The notes beneath the pieces are model-generated. The model had not been told where the DNA came from. It did not search any database and worked only from the letters and a program-made list of their open reading frames with translations. A program made the position numbers and the translations under genes. From Syntrophales bacterium (GTDB lineage Bacteria > Desulfobacterota > Syntrophia > Syntrophales > UBA4778), in NCBI GenBank assembly GCA_963665615.2, contig CAXXQE010000007.1, positions 248,001 through 312,000 on the forward strand: DNA of 64,000 bases, read 5' to 3'. How positions within the stretch are numbered: the stretch's first letter is position 1; every line of letters begins with the position of its first letter. Of the stretch, positions 29,025 through 38,467 are shown piece after piece.

Positions 29025-29411
29025 TTAGCTTTCAGTAATGGCACCCGTATCGTTAAGCGTGTAGGTATGGATCCCCTGACCATGTTTAAACGCGGTGGTG
29101 CAAGCAATCGCACCTGTTGCTGCCGTGTAAGTAAAAGTTCCGCTCGTAACGGCAACGCCCTGGGACATAACAAACCCTGCAGGAAGGGTACCTGCACCAA
29201 AAGTTAGATCCGTCGTACCGGTTGCCGACGCCACGCATGCAGCATAGAACGATCTTGCATCGGAGCGGGCCGAGGCGTCAAACCCTCTCTGGCGATAGGC
29301 GTTGAACTGCGGAATGGCGATCGCCGCCAGAATACCGATAATCGCGATAACGATCATCAACTCGACAAGCGTGAAACCCTTTTCTCTTTTTCTGAATACC
29401 TTCATTGTCAT
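29025..29411 (-). CDS. pilA: Type IVa major pilin
   Basis: Short basic leader, G|FTLVELMIVIAIIGILAAIAIP prepilin motif; downstream of pilS-pilR with a sigma54 promoter. Confidence 0.92.
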   Translation of the reverse strand: MTMKVFRKREKGFTLVELMIVIAIIGILAAIAIPQFNAYRQRGFDASARSDARSFYAACVASATGTTDLTFGAGTLPAGFVMSQGVAVTSGTFTYTAATGAIACTTAFKHGQGIHTYTLNDTGAITES

Positions 29412-29497
29412 GTCCTCCTTTTTGTCCTTGCTTTTAAGTTTTCTATTTCGATCATCCTGTAAACCACGATGCTTATTGCTGCGTTTGTCTTTGTTAA

Positions 29498-29513
29498 AGC
29501 AAACTCAGTGCCA
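29498..29513 (-). promoter_or_regulatory. Sigma54 (-24/-12) promoter of pilA
   Basis: Minus strand TGGCAC-TGAGT-TTGCT, full match to the consensus; adjacent to an NtrC-type activator gene. Confidence 0.85.
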
Positions 29514-29671
29514 TGAGATAAAAACAGGATGAATATTTTTATTTGTCTAATAAATACATCATATTAAAACAATGGTTCGTTTTTGCCCCTGCTGCTGGCG
29601 CCATAATTCCGTCTCTGCATGTGCGCATGACACCCAGATGTGTGTGAATTTGACGCATCTCCAGTGCCAGA

Positions 29672-31054
29672 TTAATCCATCTTGAGGCGTTCGATCCGAT
29701 AGTTCAGAGAGTCGCGGCTGATCTTCAGAAAAGCTGCGGCCTTTGTTTTAGAACCGCCTGACTTTTGCAGGGCTGCCTTGACCCACTGTCGTTCCGTTTC
29801 GGCCAACTCCTCATTTAAATCAACCCCGTCCGCCGGAAATGCCCTCATGCTGGTCTGAGCGCCATATGCCTGTCCCGACTCCTCCCCGGCGATAATGAGA
29901 TTCTCCGGAAGGATGATATTGCCACCCTCCAGAGCAACGCTCCTTTCGATGATATTTTCCAGTTCCCGGATATTGCCCGGAAAAGGATAGCGGCTCAGAA
30001 GCTCCAGGGCATAAACGGAAATCTTGCGAACTTCCTTCCCGAATTCCCTTGCATATTTTTCCAGGAAATACTGCGCCAGGATGGGGATATCCTCTGTCCG
30101 CTCGCGGAGAGGCGGAATCCGGATGGGAATGACGTTTAGTCTATAGAACAGGTCCTCGCGAAAGGTTCCCTTCTTGACGCTTTCCGACAGATCTTTATTG
30201 GTGGCTGAAACGATCCGGACATCGACCTTGATATCCTCAGAACCACCGATTCGACGAAAGGTCTTTTCCTGTACGGCTCTTAAAAGCTTCACTTGAAGAA
30301 CTTGTGGCAAGTCACCTATTTCATCAAGGAAAACTGTTCCTTTATGGGCCTGCTCCAGCAGTCCGGGACGATCGGCATAGGCCCCCGTAAAGGAGCCTTT
30401 CATATATCCAAAGAACTCGCTCTCTAACAGATTCTCCGGAATGCCGCCGCAATTGATCGTCAAAAAGGGTAGCGCACGCCGCGGGCTGTTTTCGTGAATG
30501 GCGCGCGCCACCAGCTCCTTGCCGGTTCCGCTTTCCCCCAGTATCAGTACATTGGCCGTCGTATTGGCCACCTTCCGGATCATAGCGTGAACCTTGAGCA
30601 TTTCCCGGCTCTTTCCGATCATCCGTCCAAGGACGCCGGGATCGTCACCATTGGTCTTCGGGGTCACATCCACCGCCTCAATCCCCTTTTTCCTCAGGGC
30701 ATCGCGAACAGTCGCCTTTAGATCCTCAACGTCGAAATCCTTCTCGATGTAATCGAAGGCCCCCTCCTGCATCGCGGCCACTGCCGTATCGCTGGAGGCA
30801 TGCGCCGTAAGGAGAATGACAGCCGCATCCGGGTTGATTGCCTTGATTTCCTTGAGCAGATCAATGCCATCCATCTTCGGCATCTTGAGATCCGTGAGAA
30901 TGAGGTCCGCATTCTTTGCCTTAAAAAGCGTCAAGGCCTCTTTCCCGGACTCTGCGCACGAGACAGCATAGCCCTCCCGCTCCAGCATAATCTGGAGAAA
31001 CTCACGAACCCCACGGTCGTCATCCACGACAAGGATATTGGCCATCCCACTCAT
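29672..31054 (-). CDS. pilR: Sigma54-dependent response regulator PilR
   Basis: REC domain, GESGTGKE, ESEFFGYMKGSFTGA, FREDLFYRLNV, C-terminal HTH. Confidence 0.85.
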   Translation of the reverse strand: MSGMANILVVDDDRGVREFLQIMLEREGYAVSCAESGKEALTLFKAKNADLILTDLKMPKMDGIDLLKEIKAINPDAAVILLTAHASSDTAVAAMQEGAFDYIEKDFDVEDLKATVRDALRKKGIEAVDVTPKTNGDDPGVLGRMIGKSREMLKVHAMIRKVANTTANVLILGESGTGKELVARAIHENSPRRALPFLTINCGGIPENLLESEFFGYMKGSFTGAYADRPGLLEQAHKGTVFLDEIGDLPQVLQVKLLRAVQEKTFRRIGGSEDIKVDVRIVSATNKDLSESVKKGTFREDLFYRLNVIPIRIPPLRERTEDIPILAQYFLEKYAREFGKEVRKISVYALELLSRYPFPGNIRELENIIERSVALEGGNIILPENLIIAGEESGQAYGAQTSMRAFPADGVDLNEELAETERQWVKAALQKSGGSKTKAAAFLKISRDSLNYRIERLKMD

Positions 31055-32685
31055 TCCTTCCTGTTTACATCACCCGACGGGAAGAGCAGCGTCATTGTCG
31101 TTCCTGCTCCCGGCCGGCTGTCAACCAGAACCTTTCCACCGTGACTATCCATAACACGGGCTACAATGGCGAGGCCAAGCCCCGTTCCCGTTTCTTTACT
31201 GGTGAAAAACGGCTCGAAAATTCGCCTCAGCGTCTCATCATCTATGCCGCAACCTGTATCCCGAACCGCAACGCCCAGCATCGAACCGCCATCATAGCGA
31301 ACAACCTCTGTCTGAACATCCAGGGCGCCTCCATCCGGCATGGCCTGAACAGCATTGAGAATGATATTCATCAGCGCCTGACGGACCTCCGATCGGTTGC
31401 CGGAGATCATATTCATTTCACCAATACCGGGGGGACGAGTGACCTCAATGCGATCATTCCAGCCCTGACCATATCGAACCGTTTCAAGGACTTCTTCAAT
31501 CAGGGCATCAATGTCAATCGGCTCGGTCCCTCCGCGAGCCGGCCGGGAAAGGAGAAGAAAGTCCCTAAGAAAAACCTCGAGTTGCTCCTTGCCCCTCAGG
31601 ATGATCTGCATCAGTCGCTCGTCGCTGTCAGAAAGTGCAAGTCCCTGCCTCAGAAGCTGGATGGAACCGCCGATCGCTGCCAGGGGATTTCGCATTTCAT
31701 GAGCGAGTCCGGCAGACATCTCTCCGATAAGCGCCATCTTCCGACTCTTCTCTATCTGTGTCTCCATCTCCTTAATCCGCGTAATGTCCTGAAAGATGAC
31801 GATGTGGCCAATTCGCTCACCGCCATGGTTCAGCAAGGGAGAAAGGGAATAGCCAACCATAGCCTCAGCGCCTTGTCCCGTATGGACTGCCATCTCAAAA
31901 CGTTCTCCTGCACTTGCTCGCAGTGCCCGGCAATCTGGCTGTATCTGAGAAAACCGGGGGAAAAGTTCCCATACCGCGCGCCCCACCGCTTCCTTTTCTC
32001 GCCATCCGCTAATCGCCTCAGCCGCATGGTTGAAACTCTTTATCTTCCCAGCCAAGTCGAGGGTAAAGATACCCGTGTCGATCGACTGGATGATGTTGCG
32101 GTGAAGCAGATCGAGATTACGGAACGCGTCCTCTTGTGCGTCCAGGCTCGCTCGCAGCCGCCTTTCCCGCGCTACGGCAAAACTCGTCAGCCCGGCGATG
32201 ACGAAAAGAGACCCGCCTTGCGTTATCACCTTTGCAATAACTTGTCCGTAAGTCCCCTCAGCTTGACCTGCAATCAGCAAAATCGCATAGAGAGCGACTG
32301 CTGTTCCGGCAAAGAGATAACCGCAGCCGCTGCCTCCCAAAAGAGCTCCGTAAATTACGACCAGTGGGTAAATAATCGAATAGACACTGGTCATGCCTCC
32401 GGTCACCTGCACCAGCGTCGTCACCAATAAGAGATCGACAAGACCGATAATGGGGATGAGACGACGCCCCAGTTTGAAACGTCGATCCAAGAGCGCGGCC
32501 AGGATCGAAACGAGACAGGCCGAACCGAACAGATAATAGAGCGCCCGGTGCGTCGCACCGATCGGAGATTCGGCTCCTTTCAGTTCGATGAAGGCAACGA
32601 CTGCCAACAGAAAGATCGCCACGGCTACTCGAATTAGCAGGAGCCATCCGATTTTCAACGTTGCCTGATGGTTAGTTGCTGTCAT
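31051..32685 (-). CDS. pilS: Membrane PAS histidine kinase PilS
   Basis: About six TM helices, PAS, LAHEMRNPL, NIILNAVQA, DTGCG, GTGLGL. Confidence 0.82.
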   Translation of the reverse strand: MTATNHQATLKIGWLLLIRVAVAIFLLAVVAFIELKGAESPIGATHRALYYLFGSACLVSILAALLDRRFKLGRRLIPIIGLVDLLLVTTLVQVTGGMTSVYSIIYPLVVIYGALLGGSGCGYLFAGTAVALYAILLIAGQAEGTYGQVIAKVITQGGSLFVIAGLTSFAVARERRLRASLDAQEDAFRNLDLLHRNIIQSIDTGIFTLDLAGKIKSFNHAAEAISGWREKEAVGRAVWELFPRFSQIQPDCRALRASAGERFEMAVHTGQGAEAMVGYSLSPLLNHGGERIGHIVIFQDITRIKEMETQIEKSRKMALIGEMSAGLAHEMRNPLAAIGGSIQLLRQGLALSDSDERLMQIILRGKEQLEVFLRDFLLLSRPARGGTEPIDIDALIEEVLETVRYGQGWNDRIEVTRPPGIGEMNMISGNRSEVRQALMNIILNAVQAMPDGGALDVQTEVVRYDGGSMLGVAVRDTGCGIDDETLRRIFEPFFTSKETGTGLGLAIVARVMDSHGGKVLVDSRPGAGTTMTLLFPSGDVNRKE

Positions 32686-32790
32686 TCCTTTTTCTTTTGC
32701 GAATCGAGCTTTTCTTCTATATATTAATCTCAATTTATCTGTCAATTTTATTAGTTATTAGACCACATTTTTAAAGGGAAAATATGAGAT

Positions 32791-35313
32791 ATGCAAACCC
32801 CCTTCATCCCCATCGCTGCCTCTTTTATAATCGGAATTATTATCGGCAGTTCTCTGCAAATTCCTAATTCTCATCTATGGGGAGCTCTGATTGCGACGCT
32901 GATCCTGCTGACGGTCGCGATACTGAACAAATTCAAAACTGCGACGTTTTCCGCACTCTGCCTAAGTCTCATGCTTCTGGGGTCGCTCGCGATCAACCCC
33001 TATCTCTACATGCCCCCGGATCCGATTCACGTCGTCAATCTTCCCGAAACCCCGCCGATCGGCCTGGAAGGTGTCGTTATCGAAGTGCCCGAAAGAGGCG
33101 CCGAAAAAACAGATCTCGTAATACAGGCAACCCATGTCGTCCAAAATGGTGTCGGCGTTAAGGTCACGGGCAAGGTTCTCCTGAGTGTCAATGGCGTTGA
33201 GCCGATGCCCCGCTACGGCGATTTCATCCGCACACGCGTCAAGCTAAAGCAACCGCACAACTTCAATAATCCAGGACGATTCGACTACGAACGTTTTCTG
33301 AGGCTCAAAGGCATCCTCGTTCGCGGCTATATTGAGGACCCCGCTGAAATCATCGTCATACGACACCTTCACGCCAATCTGTTTGATATCACGATCGAGC
33401 GGTTTCGCGATCAACTGCGCTATCTCATCCGTCATAATGCCCCCCAAAGAGAAGCAGCCGTTCTCATCGCCATGGTCCTCGGAGAACAGCATGAAATCCA
33501 GAAAGATATTCAGACCTACTTCAACCGGACCGGCACGACGCACATCCTTGCCATTTCCGGATTCAATATCGGTATTGTCTATATGATCTTTATCGCGTTA
33601 TGCACCTTTCTGCTGAAATTATCGAAAAAACTGCTCCTGCACGGAAACGCACTAAAATGTGCCGTCGTTCTATCGGCCTTTCCGGTTATCCTCTATGCCT
33701 TCATCGCCGGCATGGGCATGTCGGTCCTGCGTGCAACCCTGATGATCCTGATCCTGGCCGTTGCCGTTGTGTGGGGCCGAGACCGCGACCTTCCCAATAC
33801 GCTCTGCCTCGCCGGCCTGGCGATTCTCGCAGGGTACCCCCCTGCCCTTTTCGACATATCGTTTCAGCTTTCGTTCGTGACCGTCGCGGCAATCATTTTC
33901 ATTGTTCCAAAATTGACCTGGCCGATTTCTCCGTCGTCTCCAGTCGAGAAGCTTCACGGCATCTCCCGCAGCCGACGCGTCGCGCACACCTTCTACCTGT
34001 TTGTGCTGGTCACGACCGCCGCTACGCTCGGCGCCATTCCATTGACAACACGCTATTTCAACACCTTTTCCCTGACGGTCCTTGCAGGAAACCTGCTCCT
34101 GATCCCCCTCATGGGCTATATCGTAACGTTCCTGAGCATCGGTATTATTCTTTTTGCCCTGATTTCCACAGCACCGACCATCTGGGTGATCAAGCTGGCG
34201 GCGTTGTTAATCCGTATCAGCATTGCTATTGTCGAGCGTCTGTCTTCACTGAGCTTTGCCTCGATCTACGTTGCCACGCCGACCGTCTTGGAAATTGTTT
34301 TCTACGTTCTCCTCGTTATCGCCACCGTTCTGATCGGCGAACGCATAATCCGTCGTGATCCGACGACGCCGTTTTGGAAGTTCCGGATCGCCGTAGCAAC
34401 GGCGCTGGCATCCACTCTTTTTTTTGTTGTTGACGGGATAACGATCCATGTCAGCACGCATCAGCAAAAAAAGCTGATCGTCACCTATCTCGACGTTGCA
34501 CAGGGCAGCGCATCATTTGTCCGCCTCCCAGGCGGCAAGACGATCCTGATCGACGGCGGCGGTTTCTTCAACGGCCGTTTCGACATCGGCCGCAACGTTC
34601 TCGCCCCTTTTCTCTGGCATGAGAAAATAACCGCGATCGATACGGTCGTCCTGACCCACCCCCATCCGGACCACCTCTACGGTCTGATTTTCATTTTGCA
34701 GAACTTTGCCGTCCGAGAGGTCTTCTCCAATGGCCAGGTCATCGACGATGAACAATACGTGCTCTTCAGGCGGATCATGTCGGAGGAGAAAATTGCACAC
34801 CGGGTTATGCACGCCGGACAAACAATCGCAATAGGACCGGCAATAATGAGCATCGATAACCCTCTGCCCAAGCGCCGGTCTGCTGCGTCATTGGACGCCG
34901 ATGACGACCTGAACGACAACTCCCTCGTCGTCCGCCTTTCCTACGGTCGGGTTTCTTTTCTCTTTCCGGGGGATATATCGTCAGCCGTTGAAGCGCGACT
35001 GTTGAAGCAACACTGGAACATCCGCGCCGATATACTTCTGGCCCCTCACCACGGCAGCCGCTTTTCCAATTCACTGCCTTTTTTAAAAAGGGTTCACCCT
35101 CAAATTGCCGTCTTCAGCTGCGGCAGGGACAATGTCTTCGGACTTCCCCATCAGGAGATCCTGAAACGTTATGCGGCGCTTGGTATTGATATCCGGCGTA
35201 CGGATCAGGAGGGGGCGATTACGATAGAAACAGACCGCAAAAGGATCACATCCGTCACCAGTTTTCTGTACCCTGACGCCGAAGCCAATAAACTCGCGCC
35301 CATAACGCCATAG
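32791..35313 (+). CDS. comEC: DNA internalization competence protein ComEC/Rec2
   Basis: DUF4131-like N-terminus (NPGRFDY), HILAISGFN, SVLRA, FQLSF, metallo-beta-lactamase domain (THPHPDH, APHHGS). Confidence 0.95.
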   Translation: MQTPFIPIAASFIIGIIIGSSLQIPNSHLWGALIATLILLTVAILNKFKTATFSALCLSLMLLGSLAINPYLYMPPDPIHVVNLPETPPIGLEGVVIEVPERGAEKTDLVIQATHVVQNGVGVKVTGKVLLSVNGVEPMPRYGDFIRTRVKLKQPHNFNNPGRFDYERFLRLKGILVRGYIEDPAEIIVIRHLHANLFDITIERFRDQLRYLIRHNAPQREAAVLIAMVLGEQHEIQKDIQTYFNRTGTTHILAISGFNIGIVYMIFIALCTFLLKLSKKLLLHGNALKCAVVLSAFPVILYAFIAGMGMSVLRATLMILILAVAVVWGRDRDLPNTLCLAGLAILAGYPPALFDISFQLSFVTVAAIIFIVPKLTWPISPSSPVEKLHGISRSRRVAHTFYLFVLVTTAATLGAIPLTTRYFNTFSLTVLAGNLLLIPLMGYIVTFLSIGIILFALISTAPTIWVIKLAALLIRISIAIVERLSSLSFASIYVATPTVLEIVFYVLLVIATVLIGERIIRRDPTTPFWKFRIAVATALASTLFFVVDGITIHVSTHQQKKLIVTYLDVAQGSASFVRLPGGKTILIDGGGFFNGRFDIGRNVLAPFLWHEKITAIDTVVLTHPHPDHLYGLIFILQNFAVREVFSNGQVIDDEQYVLFRRIMSEEKIAHRVMHAGQTIAIGPAIMSIDNPLPKRRSAASLDADDDLNDNSLVVRLSYGRVSFLFPGDISSAVEARLLKQHWNIRADILLAPHHGSRFSNSLPFLKRVHPQIAVFSCGRDNVFGLPHQEILKRYAALGIDIRRTDQEGAITIETDRKRITSVTSFLYPDAEANKLAPITP

Positions 35314-35404
35314 CCTATTAAATCCTTACTATGGTATTGCGTTTCCCACCCCCATGTGTTAGGTTTCCTTGTCTCAAATCAACAACTTGGAGCGCATGAT
35401 CCAT

Positions 35405-36679
35405 ATGGAAGCCATTACCGCCATCAAAGGCTTTAAAGACATCCTTCCGGGTGAGACCGAAAGGTGGCAATACATTGAAAGAATCGCTCGGGAGATCTTC
35501 ACCGACTTCGGCTTTCGCGAGCTCAAGGTTCCCATCCTGGAAAAAACCGATCTGTTTGTCAGGGGAATCGGCGACGGTACAGATATCGTCGAAAAGGAGA
35601 TGTATGCCTTCACGGACAGGGGAAATGAACGTCTTTCGCTCCGACCGGAGGCAACCGCCGGCGTCATTCGTGCCTATATCGAACATGCATTGCATACGGT
35701 AGAACCCCTGTCCAAACTCTTTACCATCGGGCCGATGTTCCGTCGCGAGCGGCCGCAGAAAGGCCGGTTCCGCCAGTTTCACCAAATCAACGTCGAAGTG
35801 CTCGGCCTGGACGATCCGTCCATCGACGCAGAACTGATCCTGATGCTGATCCACTTCCTCAAGAGCGTCGACCTGACCGCTATCGACCTGGAGATCAATT
35901 CGCTGGGATGTCCGGTATGTCGTCCGGCTTTTCGCGAAAAAATCACTGCTTATCTCTACGGCAGGGAGCATGATCTGTGCCCTGACTGCGTCCGGAGACT
36001 CCGGATCAATCCCCTGCGAATATTCGACTGCAAGGTGGAGGGCTGCAAGAAGGCCCTGCACGATTCGCCGACGCTCATGGAAAGTATCTGCCCTGAGTGC
36101 ACAGTCCACTTCAATTCGGTTAGGGACTACCTCGACATCTTCGATGTACCCTTCAAAGTGAATCCCCGAATGGTTCGAGGGCTTGATTATTACACGCGCA
36201 CTGCCTTTGAAGTGACGACAACCGCCTTGGGCGCACAGAACGCCGTTGCCGGAGGGGGACGCTATAACGGCCTGGTCAAGGAGCTCGGCGGTCCCGATAG
36301 CCCGGGTATCGGTTTTGCCGTTGGTCTTGAACGACTTGCGGCTCTTATCCCGATCACCGAGGCGGAACTCACACCCGGCCCGGCCCTGTACATCGCGCCG
36401 CTTGGAGAGGTGGCAAAGGCCTGGAGTTTCGCTCTCTGCAACTATTTCCGAATGCTCGGCATCCGTGCTGACATGGGTTACGGCGACAAGAGTTTGAAGA
36501 GCCAAATGAAGCGAGCCGACAAGTTGAAGGCTCGAACCGCCCTTATTCTGGGTGAAAATGAAATCAATGAAGGCACGGCGGAATTGAGAGACATGGTCTC
36601 AGGAACCCAGGAGAAAATCAGCCTGGACAACTTCGATCACCTGGCCGAAACCATTATGAATAAAGTGAAAGAGGGGTAA
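35405..36679 (+). CDS. hisS: Histidine--tRNA ligase
   Basis: [49 protein letters not shown]. Confidence 0.97.
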   Translation: MEAITAIKGFKDILPGETERWQYIERIAREIFTDFGFRELKVPILEKTDLFVRGIGDGTDIVEKEMYAFTDRGNERLSLRPEATAGVIRAYIEHALHTVEPLSKLFTIGPMFRRERPQKGRFRQFHQINVEVLGLDDPSIDAELILMLIHFLKSVDLTAIDLEINSLGCPVCRPAFREKITAYLYGREHDLCPDCVRRLRINPLRIFDCKVEGCKKALHDSPTLMESICPECTVHFNSVRDYLDIFDVPFKVNPRMVRGLDYYTRTAFEVTTTALGAQNAVAGGGRYNGLVKELGGPDSPGIGFAVGLERLAALIPITEAELTPGPALYIAPLGEVAKAWSFALCNYFRMLGIRADMGYGDKSLKSQMKRADKLKARTALILGENEINEGTAELRDMVSGTQEKISLDNFDHLAETIMNKVKEG

Positions 36680-36684
36680 ATACA

Positions 36685-38463
36685 TTGTCGGCATTTATCA
36701 CGGAACTGAAAAGAACCCATTACTGCGGCGATCTTCGCACTGAAGATGCAAACAAAGAGGTCATTCTGATGGGCTGGGCGCATCGTAGAAGAGACCACGG
36801 CGGCGTCATCTTTGTTGACCTTCGTGACCGCACCGGTCTCGTTCAGATTGTCTTCAATCCGGAAGGCGCTACCGAGGCTCATGCCGAGGCGCACCGCATC
36901 CGTAGCGAATTCGTTCTCGCCGTCAAGGGCATTGTCAATACCCGTCCGGCCGGCATGGAAAATCCCGAACTGCAGACAGGCGGCATCGAGGTGATTATCA
37001 ATCAGCTGGAAATTCTGAGCGAGTCGAAGACGCCACCCTTCTTGCTCGAAGGTGGCGGTGACATCAACGAAAACATAAGGCTCAGATACCGCTACCTGGA
37101 CCTGAGACGGCCTGCAATTCAAAAGAATCTGCTATTGAGAAGCGTCGTAGCCGCGGCTGCGCGCACGTATCTGTCCGATAGCGGCTTTATCGAGGTGGAA
37201 ACGCCATTCCTCACAAAAAGCACGCCGGAAGGCGCGCGGGATTACCTCGTTCCGAGCCGCATTAACGAGGGGACGTTTTACGCCTTGCCGCAATCGCCGC
37301 AAATCTTCAAGCAGCTTCTGATGGTCTCCGGATTCGACCGTTATTTTCAAATCGTCAAGTGCTTCCGCGACGAGGACCTGCGCGCGGACCGTCAGCCGGA
37401 GTTTACCCAGATCGATATTGAAATGTCCTTTATCACCGAGGACGACATCATCCAGATCATGGAGGGGCTGATCGCCCACGTCTTCAAGGCAGGCATTGGC
37501 CTGGAATTGACGACGCCGTTCAAGCGAATCGCCTATCGCGATGCCATTGCACGCTTTGGCAAGGACAACCCTGACATGCGCTTCGGGCTGGAATTGCGCG
37601 ATCTGACCAACGTGCTAAAAGCCTCCAGTTTCAAGGTCTTCCGCGAGGCCATTGACGGCGGCGGTTGCGTCAAGGCCATCAAGGTGGATAATGCCAGTGC
37701 ACTTTCACGCAAGGATCTCGATGGACTGGCCGAATTTGTCGCGGGCTATGGGGCCAAGGGCCTTGCCTGGGCACGCCTGACCGCCGACGGCTGGACTTCG
37801 CCGATCTTCAAGTTCCTGACGGCTGAAGAAGTGACGGCCATCAACAGCCTCATGGAGGCCAAAGAGGGAGACATCATCCTCTTCGGCGCCGACGCCACCA
37901 AAATCGTCCATGACGCGCTGGGCAACCTGAGAGTGCACCTCGCCAAAAAACTGAATTTGATCGATCTATCGAACTTCTCATTCGTGTGGGTCACGGAATT
38001 CCCGCTCATGGAGTACAGCGAGTCCGAAAAACGTTATGTCTCGACGCATCATCCCTTTACCTCACCGATGATCGAGGACTTGCCTCACCTGGAGAGCGAT
38101 CCCGGCAGGGTACGTGCCCGGGCCTATGACCTGGTGCTGAACGGCTCTGAAATCGGCGGTGGCAGCATCCGTATCCACCGGACGGACGTGCAGGCGACGG
38201 TCTTCAAGGCCCTCGGCCTTGACGACGAAACAGCCCGTTCGAAATTCGGCTTCCTGCTGGAGGCCCTTGAATTCGGCGCGCCGCCCCACGGCGGCATCGC
38301 CTTTGGGCTCGACCGCCTGATCATGATCATGGCCGGCGCCGAATCCATCCGAGACGTGATCGCGTTCCCGAAAACGCAGAAGGCATCTTGTCTCATGACA
38401 GACGCCCCGAGCAAAGTCAGTGTTGAACAACTTATGGAACTGTCACTTAAAATTGTAAGCTGA
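36685..38463 (+). CDS. aspS: Aspartate--tRNA ligase (probably non-discriminating Asp/Asn type)
   Basis: [54 protein letters not shown]. Confidence 0.97.
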   Translation: MSAFITELKRTHYCGDLRTEDANKEVILMGWAHRRRDHGGVIFVDLRDRTGLVQIVFNPEGATEAHAEAHRIRSEFVLAVKGIVNTRPAGMENPELQTGGIEVIINQLEILSESKTPPFLLEGGGDINENIRLRYRYLDLRRPAIQKNLLLRSVVAAAARTYLSDSGFIEVETPFLTKSTPEGARDYLVPSRINEGTFYALPQSPQIFKQLLMVSGFDRYFQIVKCFRDEDLRADRQPEFTQIDIEMSFITEDDIIQIMEGLIAHVFKAGIGLELTTPFKRIAYRDAIARFGKDNPDMRFGLELRDLTNVLKASSFKVFREAIDGGGCVKAIKVDNASALSRKDLDGLAEFVAGYGAKGLAWARLTADGWTSPIFKFLTAEEVTAINSLMEAKEGDIILFGADATKIVHDALGNLRVHLAKKLNLIDLSNFSFVWVTEFPLMEYSESEKRYVSTHHPFTSPMIEDLPHLESDPGRVRARAYDLVLNGSEIGGGSIRIHRTDVQATVFKALGLDDETARSKFGFLLEALEFGAPPHGGIAFGLDRLIMIMAGAESIRDVIAFPKTQKASCLMTDAPSKVSVEQLMELSLKIVS

Positions 38464-38467
38464 ATTA

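Noticed and set aside
35314..35404. T-box leader before hisS-aspS
   Set aside because: Only about 90 bp, with no T-box consensus or terminator
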